Part shown: piece by piece, positions 49,801 through 60,706 of the stretch
How the letters are laid out: each line of letters opens with the position of its first letter
Position numbering within the stretch: position 1 is the first letter of the stretch
Assembly (NCBI GenBank): GCA_963840935.1
Contig: CAWJAS010000001.1
Span: forward strand, 448,875 to 512,874
DNA from: Candidatus Magasanikiibacteriota bacterium
GTDB lineage: Bacteria > Patescibacteriota > Patescibacteriia > Magasanikbacterales > GWA2-37-8
Direction: 5' to 3'
DNA: 64,000 nt
The notes under the pieces: generated by a model
What the model saw: the letters and a program-made list of their open reading frames with translations, nothing else
Databases searched by the model: none
What the model was told of the DNA's origin: nothing
Made by a program: the position numbers and the translations under genes

Positions 49801-49838
49801 CCCCATGCATGCGCGATAGCCAACTTCGCTATAGCCCG
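49801..49838 (-). repeat. Duplicated 5' half of tRNA-Pro(GGG), through position 37
   Basis: 38 bp identical to 49645-49682. Confidence 0.9.
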
Positions 49839-49930
49839 TTTGAGTGAGAGTAAAAAGCAAGAAAACTTGCATATTACCGAGCGAGGGCGGGTTATATGAA
49901 ATATAGCTCGGTACATGTATATTTTGGGCA

Positions 49931-49959
49931 ATTTTAGCACATGTTTATTTTCTTTTCAA
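49931..49959 (-). promoter_or_regulatory. Sigma70 promoter upstream of the tRNA-Pro(GGG) locus
   Basis: TTGAAA-17-TAAAAT with extended TG on minus strand. Confidence 0.6.
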
Positions 49960-50003
49960 GCTTTTGGTTTTATGCTATAATATAGCTCTAATTACTATAT
50001 AAT

Positions 50004-51038
50004 ATGATTGATATAAATAAATACTTTCGAGAGGCGATAAAACAAGGCGCTTCAGATTTACATTTGGTTGGCGGTGAAATTCCCATGCTTCGTGTTCACG
50101 GCGAACTCAGTGAATTGGAGCAAAAACCAATGAATAACGCTTTTTTGAATAACGCCATATATAAAATTTTATCTCCGGTTCAGCAAAAAAAATACGAGGA
50201 ACACAAAGAGCTTGATTTTGCCTATGAAATTGATGGAATTCGTTTTAGAGTCAATTTGCACCAACAATCAGAAAATATCGGGTTGTCTGCTCGCGTTATT
50301 CCCATGGAAATTCCCACGCCGGAGGAATTGCGAATAGACGGCGAATTATTGGCATTGTCAGAAGCTTATGATGGCTTGGTTTTGGTTACCGGCCCAACCG
50401 GATGCGGAAAGTCGACCACCCTTGCTTGTTTAATTGAAGAAATTAATAAAAATAGAAAAGCGCACATCATCACCATTGAGGACCCGATTGAGTTTATGTT
50501 TAAAGATAAAAAAAGTTTGATTGAACAGCGTGAGGTCGGCAGGGATACTGATTCTTTTGCCTCGGCGCTTAAGCATGTTTTGCGTCAAGACCCCAATGTG
50601 ATTTTGGTTGGAGAAATGCGTGACCCGGAAACAATCGCCACGGTTTTGACTGCAGCTGAAACCGGTCATCTGGTATTTTCAACTTTACATACTCCGAGCG
50701 CCGCCGAAGCCGTAGAAAGAATCGTTGATGTTTTTGAGGGTCCAAAGCAAAAACAAATATTAATTCAGTTAGCGTCCGTATTGCGTGCTGTGGTTGCGCA
50801 GGATTTATTGCCGGCAAAAGGAGGCGGTAGAATTCCGGCCAGAGAAATACTTATTAATACTCCGGCTATCTCCAATTTAATAATGGAAAATAATATCTCT
50901 CAAATAAAATCAATGATTCAAATTGGAGCAAAAGAGGGTATGAGCACGATGGAAAATTCACTAAAAAAATTAGTTGATGAAAATTTAATTGATGAAGAAA
51001 TAGCTTATCGCAGAATGGGCAAGAGTAAAAAGATTTAA
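50004..51038 (+). CDS. pilT: Type IV pilus retraction ATPase PilT
   Basis: ASDLHL, GPTGCGKSTT, TIEDPIE, LRQDPNVILVGEMRD, AETGHLVFSTLHT. Confidence 0.95.
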   Translation: MIDINKYFREAIKQGASDLHLVGGEIPMLRVHGELSELEQKPMNNAFLNNAIYKILSPVQQKKYEEHKELDFAYEIDGIRFRVNLHQQSENIGLSARVIPMEIPTPEELRIDGELLALSEAYDGLVLVTGPTGCGKSTTLACLIEEINKNRKAHIITIEDPIEFMFKDKKSLIEQREVGRDTDSFASALKHVLRQDPNVILVGEMRDPETIATVLTAAETGHLVFSTLHTPSAAEAVERIVDVFEGPKQKQILIQLASVLRAVVAQDLLPAKGGGRIPAREILINTPAISNLIMENNISQIKSMIQIGAKEGMSTMENSLKKLVDENLIDEEIAYRRMGKSKKI

Positions 51039-51039
51039 T

Positions 51040-52476
51040 ATGATGAGCGTGGAAAAAATATTAAAAAAAATTTCTACTGTTTCCAAAAAAAATAAAATTC
51101 CCGTTTATATTGTCGGTGGGTTCGTCAGAGATTTGATGATGGGAGTCCCTCAAAAAAAAGACATAGATTTTGTGATTGAAGGTAGTGGTATAAAATTTGC
51201 CGAACTGTTTGATGAATCCATGAAAAAAGTAGGTAGTTTGATTAAATTTTCTGATTTTGATACGGCCAGATATATTATTGATGATAAAAAAGGGGATAGC
51301 TTGATTTTGGAGTTCGCGGGGGCAAGAAGCGAATCATACACAGCGGAATCTCGCAAGCCAAAGGTGGTTTCAGCAACTCTTCAAAGTGATTTATCCAGAC
51401 GTGATTTTCGAATTAACGCCATGGCAGTTCCAGTTGAAGTGTATTCGGGAATAAAAAAACCGACTTTAGTTGAAATCAAAAAAAAATTAATTGACCCTTT
51501 TGATGGAACACAAGACATAAAGAATAAGATTTTGGTGACGCCTCTTGATCCAGACCAGACATTTAGTGATGACCCACTGCGCATGTTGCGGGCTGTTCGT
51601 TTTGCCGCTCAATTGAATTTTGGTATTGATAAGAAAGTTTTGGAATCAATCCATAAAAATTGCAATCGTCTTAAAATTGTTTCAGCCGAAAGAATTCAAG
51701 AAGAATTATTCAAATTAATGTCTTGTGTCAGCCCGTCAGTAGGTTTAATTTTAATGTTTCAGACCGGTCTTTTGGATACTATTTTGCCTGAAGTGTCCGC
51801 GCTCGACGGGGTTGAAGAGGTTTATGGGCACCAGCATAAAAATAATTTATTTCACACATTCAAGGTTGTTGATAATATCGCGGAAAGGTCAGATAAAATT
51901 CTACTCCGGCTCGCCGGTTTATTTCATGACATTGGCAAAACATCAACAAAAAAATTTCTGCCTAAAATTGGATGGACTTTTTACCAGCATGAACACGTCG
52001 GCCGAAAAATGGTATCTCAAATAGCCAAACGCCTGCATTTGTCGAATGATGACGCCGATTATTTGCGCAAATTAGTCAGATGGCACCAACAGCCGATTTC
52101 ACTCATGGACGAGGGGATTACCGATTCGGCCGTAAGGCGAATAATTGTAAATTTGGGTGATGAACTTGATGATTTGCTTATTTTGGGTCGTTCAGATATT
52201 ACCACCGGCAATCCATCAAAAAAATCAATTCGTTTAAAAAATTACGATAAATTGGAAAAACGCATTGCGGAGGTTCTTGAGAAAGATAAACTTCGCGCTT
52301 TTCAATCACCGGTCAGAGGCGATGAAATAATGAAGGTTTGCGGGTTGAATGCCGGCCCGATCGTTGGTAAAATAAAAAAAGAAATAGAAGAAGCGATTCT
52401 TGACGGAATTATTCCAAATGAGTATCAACCGGCCTATGATTATATGGTCAAAATAAAAAATAAATATTTAAAATAA
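51040..52476 (+). CDS. cca: CCA tRNA nucleotidyltransferase / poly(A) polymerase family with HD domain
   Basis: VGGFVRD, DIDF, DLSRRDFRINAMA, DDPLRMLRAVRFA, HDIGK. Confidence 0.88.
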   Translation: MMSVEKILKKISTVSKKNKIPVYIVGGFVRDLMMGVPQKKDIDFVIEGSGIKFAELFDESMKKVGSLIKFSDFDTARYIIDDKKGDSLILEFAGARSESYTAESRKPKVVSATLQSDLSRRDFRINAMAVPVEVYSGIKKPTLVEIKKKLIDPFDGTQDIKNKILVTPLDPDQTFSDDPLRMLRAVRFAAQLNFGIDKKVLESIHKNCNRLKIVSAERIQEELFKLMSCVSPSVGLILMFQTGLLDTILPEVSALDGVEEVYGHQHKNNLFHTFKVVDNIAERSDKILLRLAGLFHDIGKTSTKKFLPKIGWTFYQHEHVGRKMVSQIAKRLHLSNDDADYLRKLVRWHQQPISLMDEGITDSAVRRIIVNLGDELDDLLILGRSDITTGNPSKKSIRLKNYDKLEKRIAEVLEKDKLRAFQSPVRGDEIMKVCGLNAGPIVGKIKKEIEEAILDGIIPNEYQPAYDYMVKIKNKYLK

Positions 52477-52493
52477 GTAATTCTTGATATTTT

Positions 52494-54236
52494 ATGTTTG
52501 TTGTCAAAAGAAAAAAAACATTAATTGCGGTTGTGATTGCCGTTTTATTAATCGGCGTAGTTGTTTATGGCCAATATCAAAAAGCTAACGCCCCGACTGA
52601 ATATGAAACAGCCGTGGCTCTTAGAGGCGATGTGATTCAAACCGTTGAGGCCACTGGTAAAATCACTTCTTCCGATGATATTAAACTTCGCTTTGAAATG
52701 GGTGGAATAATTAAAGAGATTAAAGTAAAAGAAGGAGACGTAGTAAAAAACGGCGATATTTTGATGACTTTAAAATCAGCGGAACTTGATGCGGCGGTGG
52801 CTCAGGCTTCGGCAAACTTGAATCAGAGATTGGCCGGTGCGACAAAAGAAGATATCGCTTTTTATCAATCCGCCGCAGATTTGGCTAAAGCATCGCTTGA
52901 CGCCACAATAGCGGATAAAGATTATTCAATAGCCACAGCGGAAAGCGCGGTTCAAAATGCATTAAATAATTTAAAATTGGCCGATGGGGGTGAAAATAGC
53001 GTTATAGTTACAAACGCTTACGAAAGCGCTGTTGCTGTTTTGCAAAGCAGTTTATCTGTGATTGAAAATTCCGTCACTCAGGCTGATAATATTTTGGGTG
53101 TAGACAATATGCTCGCGAATGATGATTTTGAACAATATTTGTCTTCGCTTGATACAAGCATATTATTTTCCGCAAAAGATTATTATCAAATAGTCAGCGC
53201 CAAAGTACCGACAATTAGAATCGAAATTACGGGCATAACCAATTTATCGTCAAAAACTTTGATTGATGAAGAGCTTAATAAAGTTGAATCAATCCTTAGT
53301 GAGTGTGTTCAGCTACTCTCGCTAACGCGCGATGTGTTAAATGCCACTGCCCCGGTCGGAACATTAACTCAATCAGCTTTGGATACCAAAAAAACAACCA
53401 TAGAGTCTGCTAGAACTAGCGCCACCAGTCAATACAATACAGTTATAAACACTCGTCAAAATATAATTACAGCCAAAAATAGTTATTCAAGCTATCTGAT
53501 AGCATATGAAAAAGCGGTCAGGGACTTGGAAAATGTGAAGAAAACGGCAGAGACAAATATCGCCATGAAAGAGGCTTCATATAATCAAGCGCTCGCAAAT
53601 TTGAATTCTAAGTTGAACCCTCCTCGTGAAGTCGATGTGGCCGCTTTACGCGCTGTTTTGTCGCAAACCTTGGCTAATAGGGCTAAAACGATTTTGAAAG
53701 CGCCGATTGACGGAACAATAACGAAGATACACAAAAAAATAGGTGAATATGTTTCCATGACGGAAATTGCTATTGAAATTTTATCTCCTCATTATGAAAT
53801 AGAAGTTGATATTCCAGAGACAGATGTGGTAAAACTTAATCTTAATAATTCATCAACTATTACTCTTGACGCGTTTGGCGATGATGTTAAATTTACGGGC
53901 CACGTAATTTCAATTGAACCCGCTTCAACGGTTATTCAAGATGTGGTCTATTACAGAGTCAAGGTAGCCATCGATGAAACAGAAAATGAAATTATGCCCG
54001 GCATGACCGCAAACGTTACTATTAATACAGATGTCGCGGTGGATGTGGTTTATATTCCAAGCAGGTCGGTGAGAACGGACGATGATGGAAATAAATATGT
54101 GAAATTATTAAAAGATGGGAACGAAGTGGATACGCCGGTTACTTTGGGTTTAAAAGCCGACAATGGACTAGTGGAAATTACCGAAGGCGTAAATGAAGGT
54201 GACACGGTGATTATTAGAGTTATTGAAAAAAAATAA
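52494..54236 (+). CDS. Efflux periplasmic adaptor (MacA/HlyD-like) with long coiled coil
   Basis: VKEGDVVK, LKAPIDGTI, IPETDV, PGMTANV. Confidence 0.88.
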   Translation: MFVVKRKKTLIAVVIAVLLIGVVVYGQYQKANAPTEYETAVALRGDVIQTVEATGKITSSDDIKLRFEMGGIIKEIKVKEGDVVKNGDILMTLKSAELDAAVAQASANLNQRLAGATKEDIAFYQSAADLAKASLDATIADKDYSIATAESAVQNALNNLKLADGGENSVIVTNAYESAVAVLQSSLSVIENSVTQADNILGVDNMLANDDFEQYLSSLDTSILFSAKDYYQIVSAKVPTIRIEITGITNLSSKTLIDEELNKVESILSECVQLLSLTRDVLNATAPVGTLTQSALDTKKTTIESARTSATSQYNTVINTRQNIITAKNSYSSYLIAYEKAVRDLENVKKTAETNIAMKEASYNQALANLNSKLNPPREVDVAALRAVLSQTLANRAKTILKAPIDGTITKIHKKIGEYVSMTEIAIEILSPHYEIEVDIPETDVVKLNLNNSSTITLDAFGDDVKFTGHVISIEPASTVIQDVVYYRVKVAIDETENEIMPGMTANVTINTDVAVDVVYIPSRSVRTDDDGNKYVKLLKDGNEVDTPVTLGLKADNGLVEITEGVNEGDTVIIRVIEKK

Positions 54237-54237
54237 C

Positions 54238-54960
54238 ATGGAATTAATTAAAGTCGAAAAATTAAAAAAAAGTTTTGTTAATGAAGGTGTCGAAACGTCC
54301 GTTTTGCATGGAATTGATTTTGTAATTGAAAAGGGCGAATTCGTGGCCATTATGGGACCGTCCGGTTCCGGCAAATCCACCTTAATGCATATTTTGGGAT
54401 TTTTGGATAAGTTAACCGAAGGTAAATTCTATTTTGATGGTCGTGATGTTAGCAAGCTTGATGACGATGAATTGGCAAAAATGAGGAGCGACAAAGTCGG
54501 TTTTATTTTCCAGGCTTTTAATTTACTACCCAGAACGACCGTGTTTGAAAATGTAATTTTACCGCTCGCTTATACGGATTTGCCTGAAAGCGCCCAAATT
54601 AAAGAAGCTAAACAGGTTATTGAATCAGTTGGGCTTTCTCATAGAATTAATTACACACCCGGGCAATTATCAGGCGGTGAAAAACAGCGAGTGGCAATTG
54701 CTCGGGCGCTTGTTAACGAGCCCTCAATTATCTTTGCCGATGAACCGACGGGTAATCTTGATTCAAAGTCCGGTTTGCAAATAATGAAATTACTTCAAAA
54801 TTTGAACAAACAAGGCCACACAATTATTTTGGTTACTCACGAAAGATATACCGCCGAACACGCCAAAAGAATTATCAAGCTCAAAGACGGTATAATTGTC
54901 TCTGATGAAGAAGTAAAAAATAGATTAAATGCCGATGGCGCCGAGGAATTGGTAAAATAG
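54238..54960 (+). CDS. ABC ATP-binding protein (MacB/LolD type)
   Basis: [33 protein letters not shown]. Confidence 0.95.
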   Translation: MELIKVEKLKKSFVNEGVETSVLHGIDFVIEKGEFVAIMGPSGSGKSTLMHILGFLDKLTEGKFYFDGRDVSKLDDDELAKMRSDKVGFIFQAFNLLPRTTVFENVILPLAYTDLPESAQIKEAKQVIESVGLSHRINYTPGQLSGGEKQRVAIARALVNEPSIIFADEPTGNLDSKSGLQIMKLLQNLNKQGHTIILVTHERYTAEHAKRIIKLKDGIIVSDEEVKNRLNADGAEELVK

Positions 54961-54966
54961 CGAAAT

Positions 54967-56208
54967 ATGAATTTTTTGAAGACAATGCGTTCAGTGCTTT
55001 TGCTGATTGGTCGCAATAAAATGCGGTCATTTTTAACTATGCTTGGAATAATTATCGGAATTATGGCCGTCATCGTTATCATGTCTGTTGGAGCAGGCGC
55101 GCAGAGCCTGATTCTCAATCAAATAAAAAGCATGGGTACAAATTTGATTGGAATATTGCCGGGTAAATCAGATGAAAACGGCGGACCACCGGCCTCTGTT
55201 TATGGTATTACCATTACAACATTAAAATATGATGACGTGAGAGCAATTATTTCAAAAAATAATCCGCATATTTCATCTATCGCGGTTTATGTGCGCGGAG
55301 TCGATACGTTGGTTTCTGGTGATAGAAAAATCGATACAACTTTTATAGGCACGTCTGCGGATTTGCCTGACGTGGAAGAAACATCAGTCGCGAGCGGAAG
55401 ATTTTTTTCTGCTGAAGAAGAAAGAACAACGGCCAGAGTCGTTGTTTTGGGAGACCAGGTGGCCAGAGATTTATTTTTAGACGAAAATCCCATTGGCAGA
55501 ACGATAAAAATTAAAAAAACCAATTTTAATGTAATAGGAGTGATGAAAAAAAGAGGTACGGTTGGGTTTCAAAATCAAGATAATCAAGTCTATGTGCCGG
55601 TAACGGCGGCGCAAAAATTATTGCTTGGCATTGATTATTTAAGCATGGCAAGGGCAAAAATTGACAATGAGAATAATATCGACCAGGCTATACAATTCAT
55701 GGGAGATATATTGAGAGACCGCCATGACATAAGCAAGCCGGCGGATGATGATTTTACCATTCAAGCAATGGCGCAAGGAGTTGACGCCCTTGCAAACGTT
55801 ACCAATGCTCTGCGCTTGTTTTTAACATTTGTGGCCGCTATCGCTCTGCTTGTCGGCGGTATCGGAATTATGAACATTATGCTTGCGGCGGTTGAAGAAA
55901 GGACCAAAGAAATAGGGCTTCGAAAAGCGCTTGGAGCCCGAAAGCGTCATATTATTTCACAATTTTTGGTTGAAACGGTAATGATAACACTAATGGGTGG
56001 AATAATTGGAATTATTTTGGGAGTCGGGATATCATTTTCCGTGGCGCGTATTGCTCAAAATATGGGTTATAATTGGGATTTTTTAATCTCTCCACTTTCA
56101 ATATTACTTGCCACCGGTGTTTCGATAAGTTTGGGGATAATTTTTGGTTTATCACCGGCGAACAAAGCCAGCAAATTAAATCCGGTTGATGCTTTACGGT
56201 ATGAATAA
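54967..56208 (+). CDS. ABC permease (MacB/FtsX type)
   Basis: RSFLTMLGIIIG, LLVGGIGIMNIML, ERTKEIGLRKALGA, NPVDALRYE. Confidence 0.95.
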   Translation: MNFLKTMRSVLLLIGRNKMRSFLTMLGIIIGIMAVIVIMSVGAGAQSLILNQIKSMGTNLIGILPGKSDENGGPPASVYGITITTLKYDDVRAIISKNNPHISSIAVYVRGVDTLVSGDRKIDTTFIGTSADLPDVEETSVASGRFFSAEEERTTARVVVLGDQVARDLFLDENPIGRTIKIKKTNFNVIGVMKKRGTVGFQNQDNQVYVPVTAAQKLLLGIDYLSMARAKIDNENNIDQAIQFMGDILRDRHDISKPADDDFTIQAMAQGVDALANVTNALRLFLTFVAAIALLVGGIGIMNIMLAAVEERTKEIGLRKALGARKRHIISQFLVETVMITLMGGIIGIILGVGISFSVARIAQNMGYNWDFLISPLSILLATGVSISLGIIFGLSPANKASKLNPVDALRYE

Positions 56209-57463
56209 AATTTTTCATGAAATTAAAAAAACGATTCGGTTTGCATACAAATCATTGTTGTTAAAAAAAACAAGAACGACTTTGACAATTCTTGGAATCA
56301 GCATCGGTATTGCCATAGTAATTGCTATTATGTCTGCTGGCAGGGGTCTTAATGCAATGATTTTGTCTGAAATGGATATTTTTGGGCCAAATACTATAAA
56401 TATAGAAATTAAAGTACCCACCACAAAGCAAATGTCGAGTGAAAACATGACTGGAATTTCTCAAGGGGTCGCAATAACCACTTTGAATGACAAAGACAGA
56501 AAAGATATTGAAAATCATCCGAATATTGTTGCCGCTTATGGGTATATGATGGGTCAAGAAATTGTGAGTTATGAAGGCCAGACAAAAAAAATAATGCTTG
56601 CGGGAGAAGGTTATCAAATGATTGAAGTGGAAAAATTTGAAATTGTGAGCGGTCGGATGTACACAAAAGACGAGGAGGATTCGCTGGCGCAAGTCGCGGT
56701 TTTGGGGTATGAAGTAAAAAAGAATTTTTTTGGCGATGAACCGGCTGAAGGGAAAATCGTTCGAATTGCCGGCAAACCATTTCGGGTTGTTGGAACCGCC
56801 GCCAAAAGAGGTGCAATGTCTTTTATAAACATGGATGATTTTATTTATATTCCGGTTAAAACTCTTCAAAAAAGATTATCGGGAATTGATTATTTTACAA
56901 ACATCATCGCAAAAATGAAAGATAGTTCATTAGCCGAAGCCACCATCGAAGATTTGGAGATAACAATCAGAGAAAACCATGATATTACCGACCCGAATAA
57001 AGATGATTTTGCCATAATGACAATGGACGAAGCGGCTGAAATATTAGAAACCGTCATAAACGGTATAATATATTTACTCGTTGTTTTAATTTGTGTTTCA
57101 CTTGTCGTCGGAGGAGTTGGTATTATGAATATTATGTATGTATCCGTAACTGAGAGAACGTTTGAAATCGGACTGCGAAAAGCTTTGGGAGCAAGCAACC
57201 AAAATATTATGTGGCAATTTTTGGCTGAGGCAATTATTGTGACCATAGCCGGAGGAGTGGTCGGCATAATATTTGGAGCTCTTTTTGCCTTCTTGATTTA
57301 CATTGCCGCGGTTTCATATAATTTAGCCTGGATATATTCAATACCTGTTTCTTCGATAATTTTGTCTATTAGTTTTTCGGCAATCATTGGTATTATTTTT
57401 GGGCTATATCCGGCAAAAAGGGCCGCTTCGCTAGACCCGATTGAAGCTCTTCGCAAAGAGTAG
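56201..57463 (+). CDS. ABC permease (MacB/FtsX type), second paralog
   Basis: RTTLTILGISIG, VGGVGIMNIMY, ERTFEIGLRKALGA, DPIEALRKE. Confidence 0.95.
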   Translation: MNKIFHEIKKTIRFAYKSLLLKKTRTTLTILGISIGIAIVIAIMSAGRGLNAMILSEMDIFGPNTINIEIKVPTTKQMSSENMTGISQGVAITTLNDKDRKDIENHPNIVAAYGYMMGQEIVSYEGQTKKIMLAGEGYQMIEVEKFEIVSGRMYTKDEEDSLAQVAVLGYEVKKNFFGDEPAEGKIVRIAGKPFRVVGTAAKRGAMSFINMDDFIYIPVKTLQKRLSGIDYFTNIIAKMKDSSLAEATIEDLEITIRENHDITDPNKDDFAIMTMDEAAEILETVINGIIYLLVVLICVSLVVGGVGIMNIMYVSVTERTFEIGLRKALGASNQNIMWQFLAEAIIVTIAGGVVGIIFGALFAFLIYIAAVSYNLAWIYSIPVSSIILSISFSAIIGIIFGLYPAKRAASLDPIEALRKE

Positions 57464-57547
57464 GATGGGAGCTTGCCATAACTCGTTGATATTTGGTACT
57501 ATTCATTTGATTAACAGGGGCCCGATAAAGGCCTATTTTAAAGTATT

Positions 57548-59335
57548 ATGGCGGATATTCAAGCAATTAAAGACCGAATAGATATTGTGCAATTACTGCA
57601 AGAATATTTGAATTTGAAGAAGGCCGGGGCAAATTGGAAAGCAAATTGCCCGTTTCATAATGAAAAGACGCCGTCTTTCATGGTTCATCCGGAAAAGCAA
57701 ATCTGGCATTGTTTTGGTTGCGGTAAGGGCGGAGATATTTTTGCTTTCATTCAAGAAATGGAGGGGTTGGATTTTGTTGAGGCATTAAAACTTTTGGCAG
57801 ATAGAGCGGGCGTTAAACTGACAGACACACGAAGCAGTGAACTAAATAAAAATCAAAAAATTCGTTTGATTGAGATTAATTCCAAAGCGGCTTCATTTTT
57901 TCATAATTTTTTAATTGAAATGAGTGCGGCGCGCCCGGCATATGAATATCTAACAAAACAAAGAGGGCTCAGCGATGAAACAATAAAAAATTGGCAGATT
58001 GGATATGTGCCGGAGCAATGGGATTTACTCACTCAATACATGCTAAAAAAAGGGGTTGGCATTGATGACCTTGTCGCTTCCGGATTAACAATAAAAAATA
58101 CCGAAAGAAATAGCTGGTATGATAGGTTTAGAGGAAGACTAATGTTTCCGATTTGGGACGCGCATGGTAATACCGTCGGTTTTACCGGAAGAATATTGGT
58201 TGAAAAAGAAAACAGTGGAGGCAAGTATGTGAATACTCCCCAAACGGCTCTTTATGATAAGTCCAGAGTGATTTATGGTTTGAATAAAGCCAAACAAGAA
58301 ATAAAAACAAAGGATTTGGCGATTATGGTTGAGGGCCAGATGGATGTTATTGCTTGCCATGAAGCGGGTATGAAAAATGTAATAGCCGCCTCCGGCACAG
58401 CGCTCACAGAAGAACAAATTAAACTCATAAAAAGATTTACAAATAATATCGCCATCGCTTTTGATTCAGATAACGCCGGGCAAGAAGCGGCAAAAAGGGG
58501 GATAGATGTCGCTTTATCCGCCGGGTTAAATATTAAGGTGATTTCCATACCGGAAGGACAAGGGAAGGACGCCGACGAATGTATAAGAAAGAACCCCAAG
58601 AATTGGCGTCTGGCGGTTGACTCGGCCGTGCAGATTATGGAGTGGTATTTTAATCGTCTTTTTAAATCGATTAATCTGGATGATTTTAAGGCAAAACAAG
58701 AGGCGACTTCAAGTTTTTTGGCTGAGCTAAAAAAAATTCCCTACGCGATTGAGCGAGAATCATGGATAAGAAAATTAAGCGATAAAATAATGGTTGAACC
58801 GGCGATTCTTACCGAGGAATTAAAGAAAATAAAAACCCAGACCGGACCAAAAAAAGAGACTGTGCACAACGCGCAAGAAAATGACAAAAATACGAGTGTT
58901 AATGTTGTTGATAAGACTGATTTGTTAAAAGAAAAATTTTGGTCTTTGGTTGTTCGTCAACCATCCATATATTCGGCTTTACGGTCGACTTTATCAGATA
59001 ATATTTTTGACTCAGGAGATTATCAAAAACTTTACCTATTCGCGGAAATGAAATATAATAATATCAGCTCAAATAGTTTTGTCGGGAATATTTTTAGTGA
59101 TTATCCGGATCAGAATATTATTGATCTCTTTTTGATGCATGCGGAAAAAGATTATTCCGATTTTTCCGATGAAATAAGATTAAAAGAAGCCGAGACATTG
59201 TTAAATAACATTAAAGATTTGCATTTGAAAAAATCGCGACAAAATTTACTTAATACACTCGAAGAGGCGAAAGAGCAGGGGAACGAAGAATTGCAAAATA
59301 GTATTTTAAAAAAAATAAATGATTTAATTAAATAA
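57548..59335 (+). CDS. dnaG: DNA primase
   Basis: [41 protein letters not shown]. Confidence 0.98.
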   Translation: MADIQAIKDRIDIVQLLQEYLNLKKAGANWKANCPFHNEKTPSFMVHPEKQIWHCFGCGKGGDIFAFIQEMEGLDFVEALKLLADRAGVKLTDTRSSELNKNQKIRLIEINSKAASFFHNFLIEMSAARPAYEYLTKQRGLSDETIKNWQIGYVPEQWDLLTQYMLKKGVGIDDLVASGLTIKNTERNSWYDRFRGRLMFPIWDAHGNTVGFTGRILVEKENSGGKYVNTPQTALYDKSRVIYGLNKAKQEIKTKDLAIMVEGQMDVIACHEAGMKNVIAASGTALTEEQIKLIKRFTNNIAIAFDSDNAGQEAAKRGIDVALSAGLNIKVISIPEGQGKDADECIRKNPKNWRLAVDSAVQIMEWYFNRLFKSINLDDFKAKQEATSSFLAELKKIPYAIERESWIRKLSDKIMVEPAILTEELKKIKTQTGPKKETVHNAQENDKNTSVNVVDKTDLLKEKFWSLVVRQPSIYSALRSTLSDNIFDSGDYQKLYLFAEMKYNNISSNSFVGNIFSDYPDQNIIDLFLMHAEKDYSDFSDEIRLKEAETLLNNIKDLHLKKSRQNLLNTLEEAKEQGNEELQNSILKKINDLIK

Positions 59336-59340
59336 TAGTT

Positions 59341-60687
59341 ATGTCCCAAAAAAAGAGGACAATTAAAAAAGCGGGGATCCGAAAAACGGTCCAGAAGGCC
59401 GTAAATAAAAAAGGAAAAACCGCAAAATTAAAAAAGCATAAAAAAATTATCAAAAAGGCGGTTAAGAAAATGCCGAAAAAGAAGGTGGTAAAATTAAAAG
59501 TCAAGAAAAATAAGTTGCAAAAAAAGGCTCCCACCAAGAAGATATTAAAGAAAAAAATTGCAAAACGCGATGTGGTTGTTGAAGAAGTGGCGGAACCGAC
59601 AGATATTCAAATATGGCATTTGGTTGACAAAGGGCGTTCAAGAGGTTTTTTGACAGAAATAGAAATGCTTTCGGTTTTTTTTAGGCCGGAACGTTATTTG
59701 GATTTGTATGAAGGTTTTTTGAATCTTCTTGAAAGAAACGGTGTTACATTGGTTGAAAATAGCCATAATGGTTTGCTTGGAACCGTTTCAGAAAGAAAAG
59801 AAATGCTTAAGGAATTCCAGGGCGAACAGCCTGATATGGATGTGCCTTTTGATTTGAGCCAAATATCTTCAGATTCAATTCAGATGTATTTGCGTGAAAT
59901 CGGCAAAATTCCATTATTAAAGGCTGAGGAAGAGGTATCACTCGCCAAAAGAAAAGAAAAAGGGGATAAGTCTGCTGAAAGAAAAATCATTGAAGCAAAC
60001 CTTCGCTTGGTGGTGTCTATAGCCAAAAAATTTGTTGGAAAATCACTATCTTTACTTGATTTGATTCAGGAAGGAAACATTGGGTTGTTCAGAGCGGTTA
60101 AAAAATTCGATTACAGAAAAGGTTATAAGTTTTCCACATATGCCACTTGGTGGATCAGGCAGGCGATAACGCGAGCGCTGGCTGACCAGTCCCGTACGAT
60201 TCGCATCCCTGTTCATATGGTTGAGACCATCAATCGCTTTCAGCAAGTCCAAAGGCGTCTTTTGCAGGATTTGGGCAGAGATCCGACCCCGGAAGAATTA
60301 GCCGCGGAAATGGGGGAAGAGGTCGATAAAATTAATCATATTATTAAAATCTCTCAGGAAACAGTATCGCTTGAAGTTTCGGTGGGTGATGACGACGACG
60401 ATTCTTCGCTGCAAGATTTCATTGAGGACGTAAAAAATGTCTCTCCGGACCGCGCTGCCGGTCTTCAAATTTTGCGTGACTATGTTAAAGAGGCGATTAT
60501 CGACTTATCAGCCAGGGAACAAAAGATTTTGGAAATGCGTTTTGGTTTAAACGATGGCGTTACGCACACTCTTGAGGAGGTTGGACAGGAATTCGGAGTA
60601 ACAAGAGAAAGAATTCGTCAGATTGAAGCTAAAGCTCTGGAGAAAATAAAAGAAATGAATATTTTGCAGAAATTGCGCGATTATTAA
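59341..60687 (+). CDS. rpoD: RNA polymerase primary sigma factor
   Basis: [47 protein letters not shown]; follows dnaG. Confidence 0.97.
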   Translation: MSQKKRTIKKAGIRKTVQKAVNKKGKTAKLKKHKKIIKKAVKKMPKKKVVKLKVKKNKLQKKAPTKKILKKKIAKRDVVVEEVAEPTDIQIWHLVDKGRSRGFLTEIEMLSVFFRPERYLDLYEGFLNLLERNGVTLVENSHNGLLGTVSERKEMLKEFQGEQPDMDVPFDLSQISSDSIQMYLREIGKIPLLKAEEEVSLAKRKEKGDKSAERKIIEANLRLVVSIAKKFVGKSLSLLDLIQEGNIGLFRAVKKFDYRKGYKFSTYATWWIRQAITRALADQSRTIRIPVHMVETINRFQQVQRRLLQDLGRDPTPEELAAEMGEEVDKINHIIKISQETVSLEVSVGDDDDDSSLQDFIEDVKNVSPDRAAGLQILRDYVKEAIIDLSAREQKILEMRFGLNDGVTHTLEEVGQEFGVTRERIRQIEAKALEKIKEMNILQKLRDY

Positions 60688-60706
60688 TTTTTGACCCCCG
60701 GTTTAT

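Noticed and set aside
56261-56869. 202-aa minus-strand ORF and other antisense ORFs inside long genes
   Set aside because: Fully antisense to clearly identified genes, with no motifs
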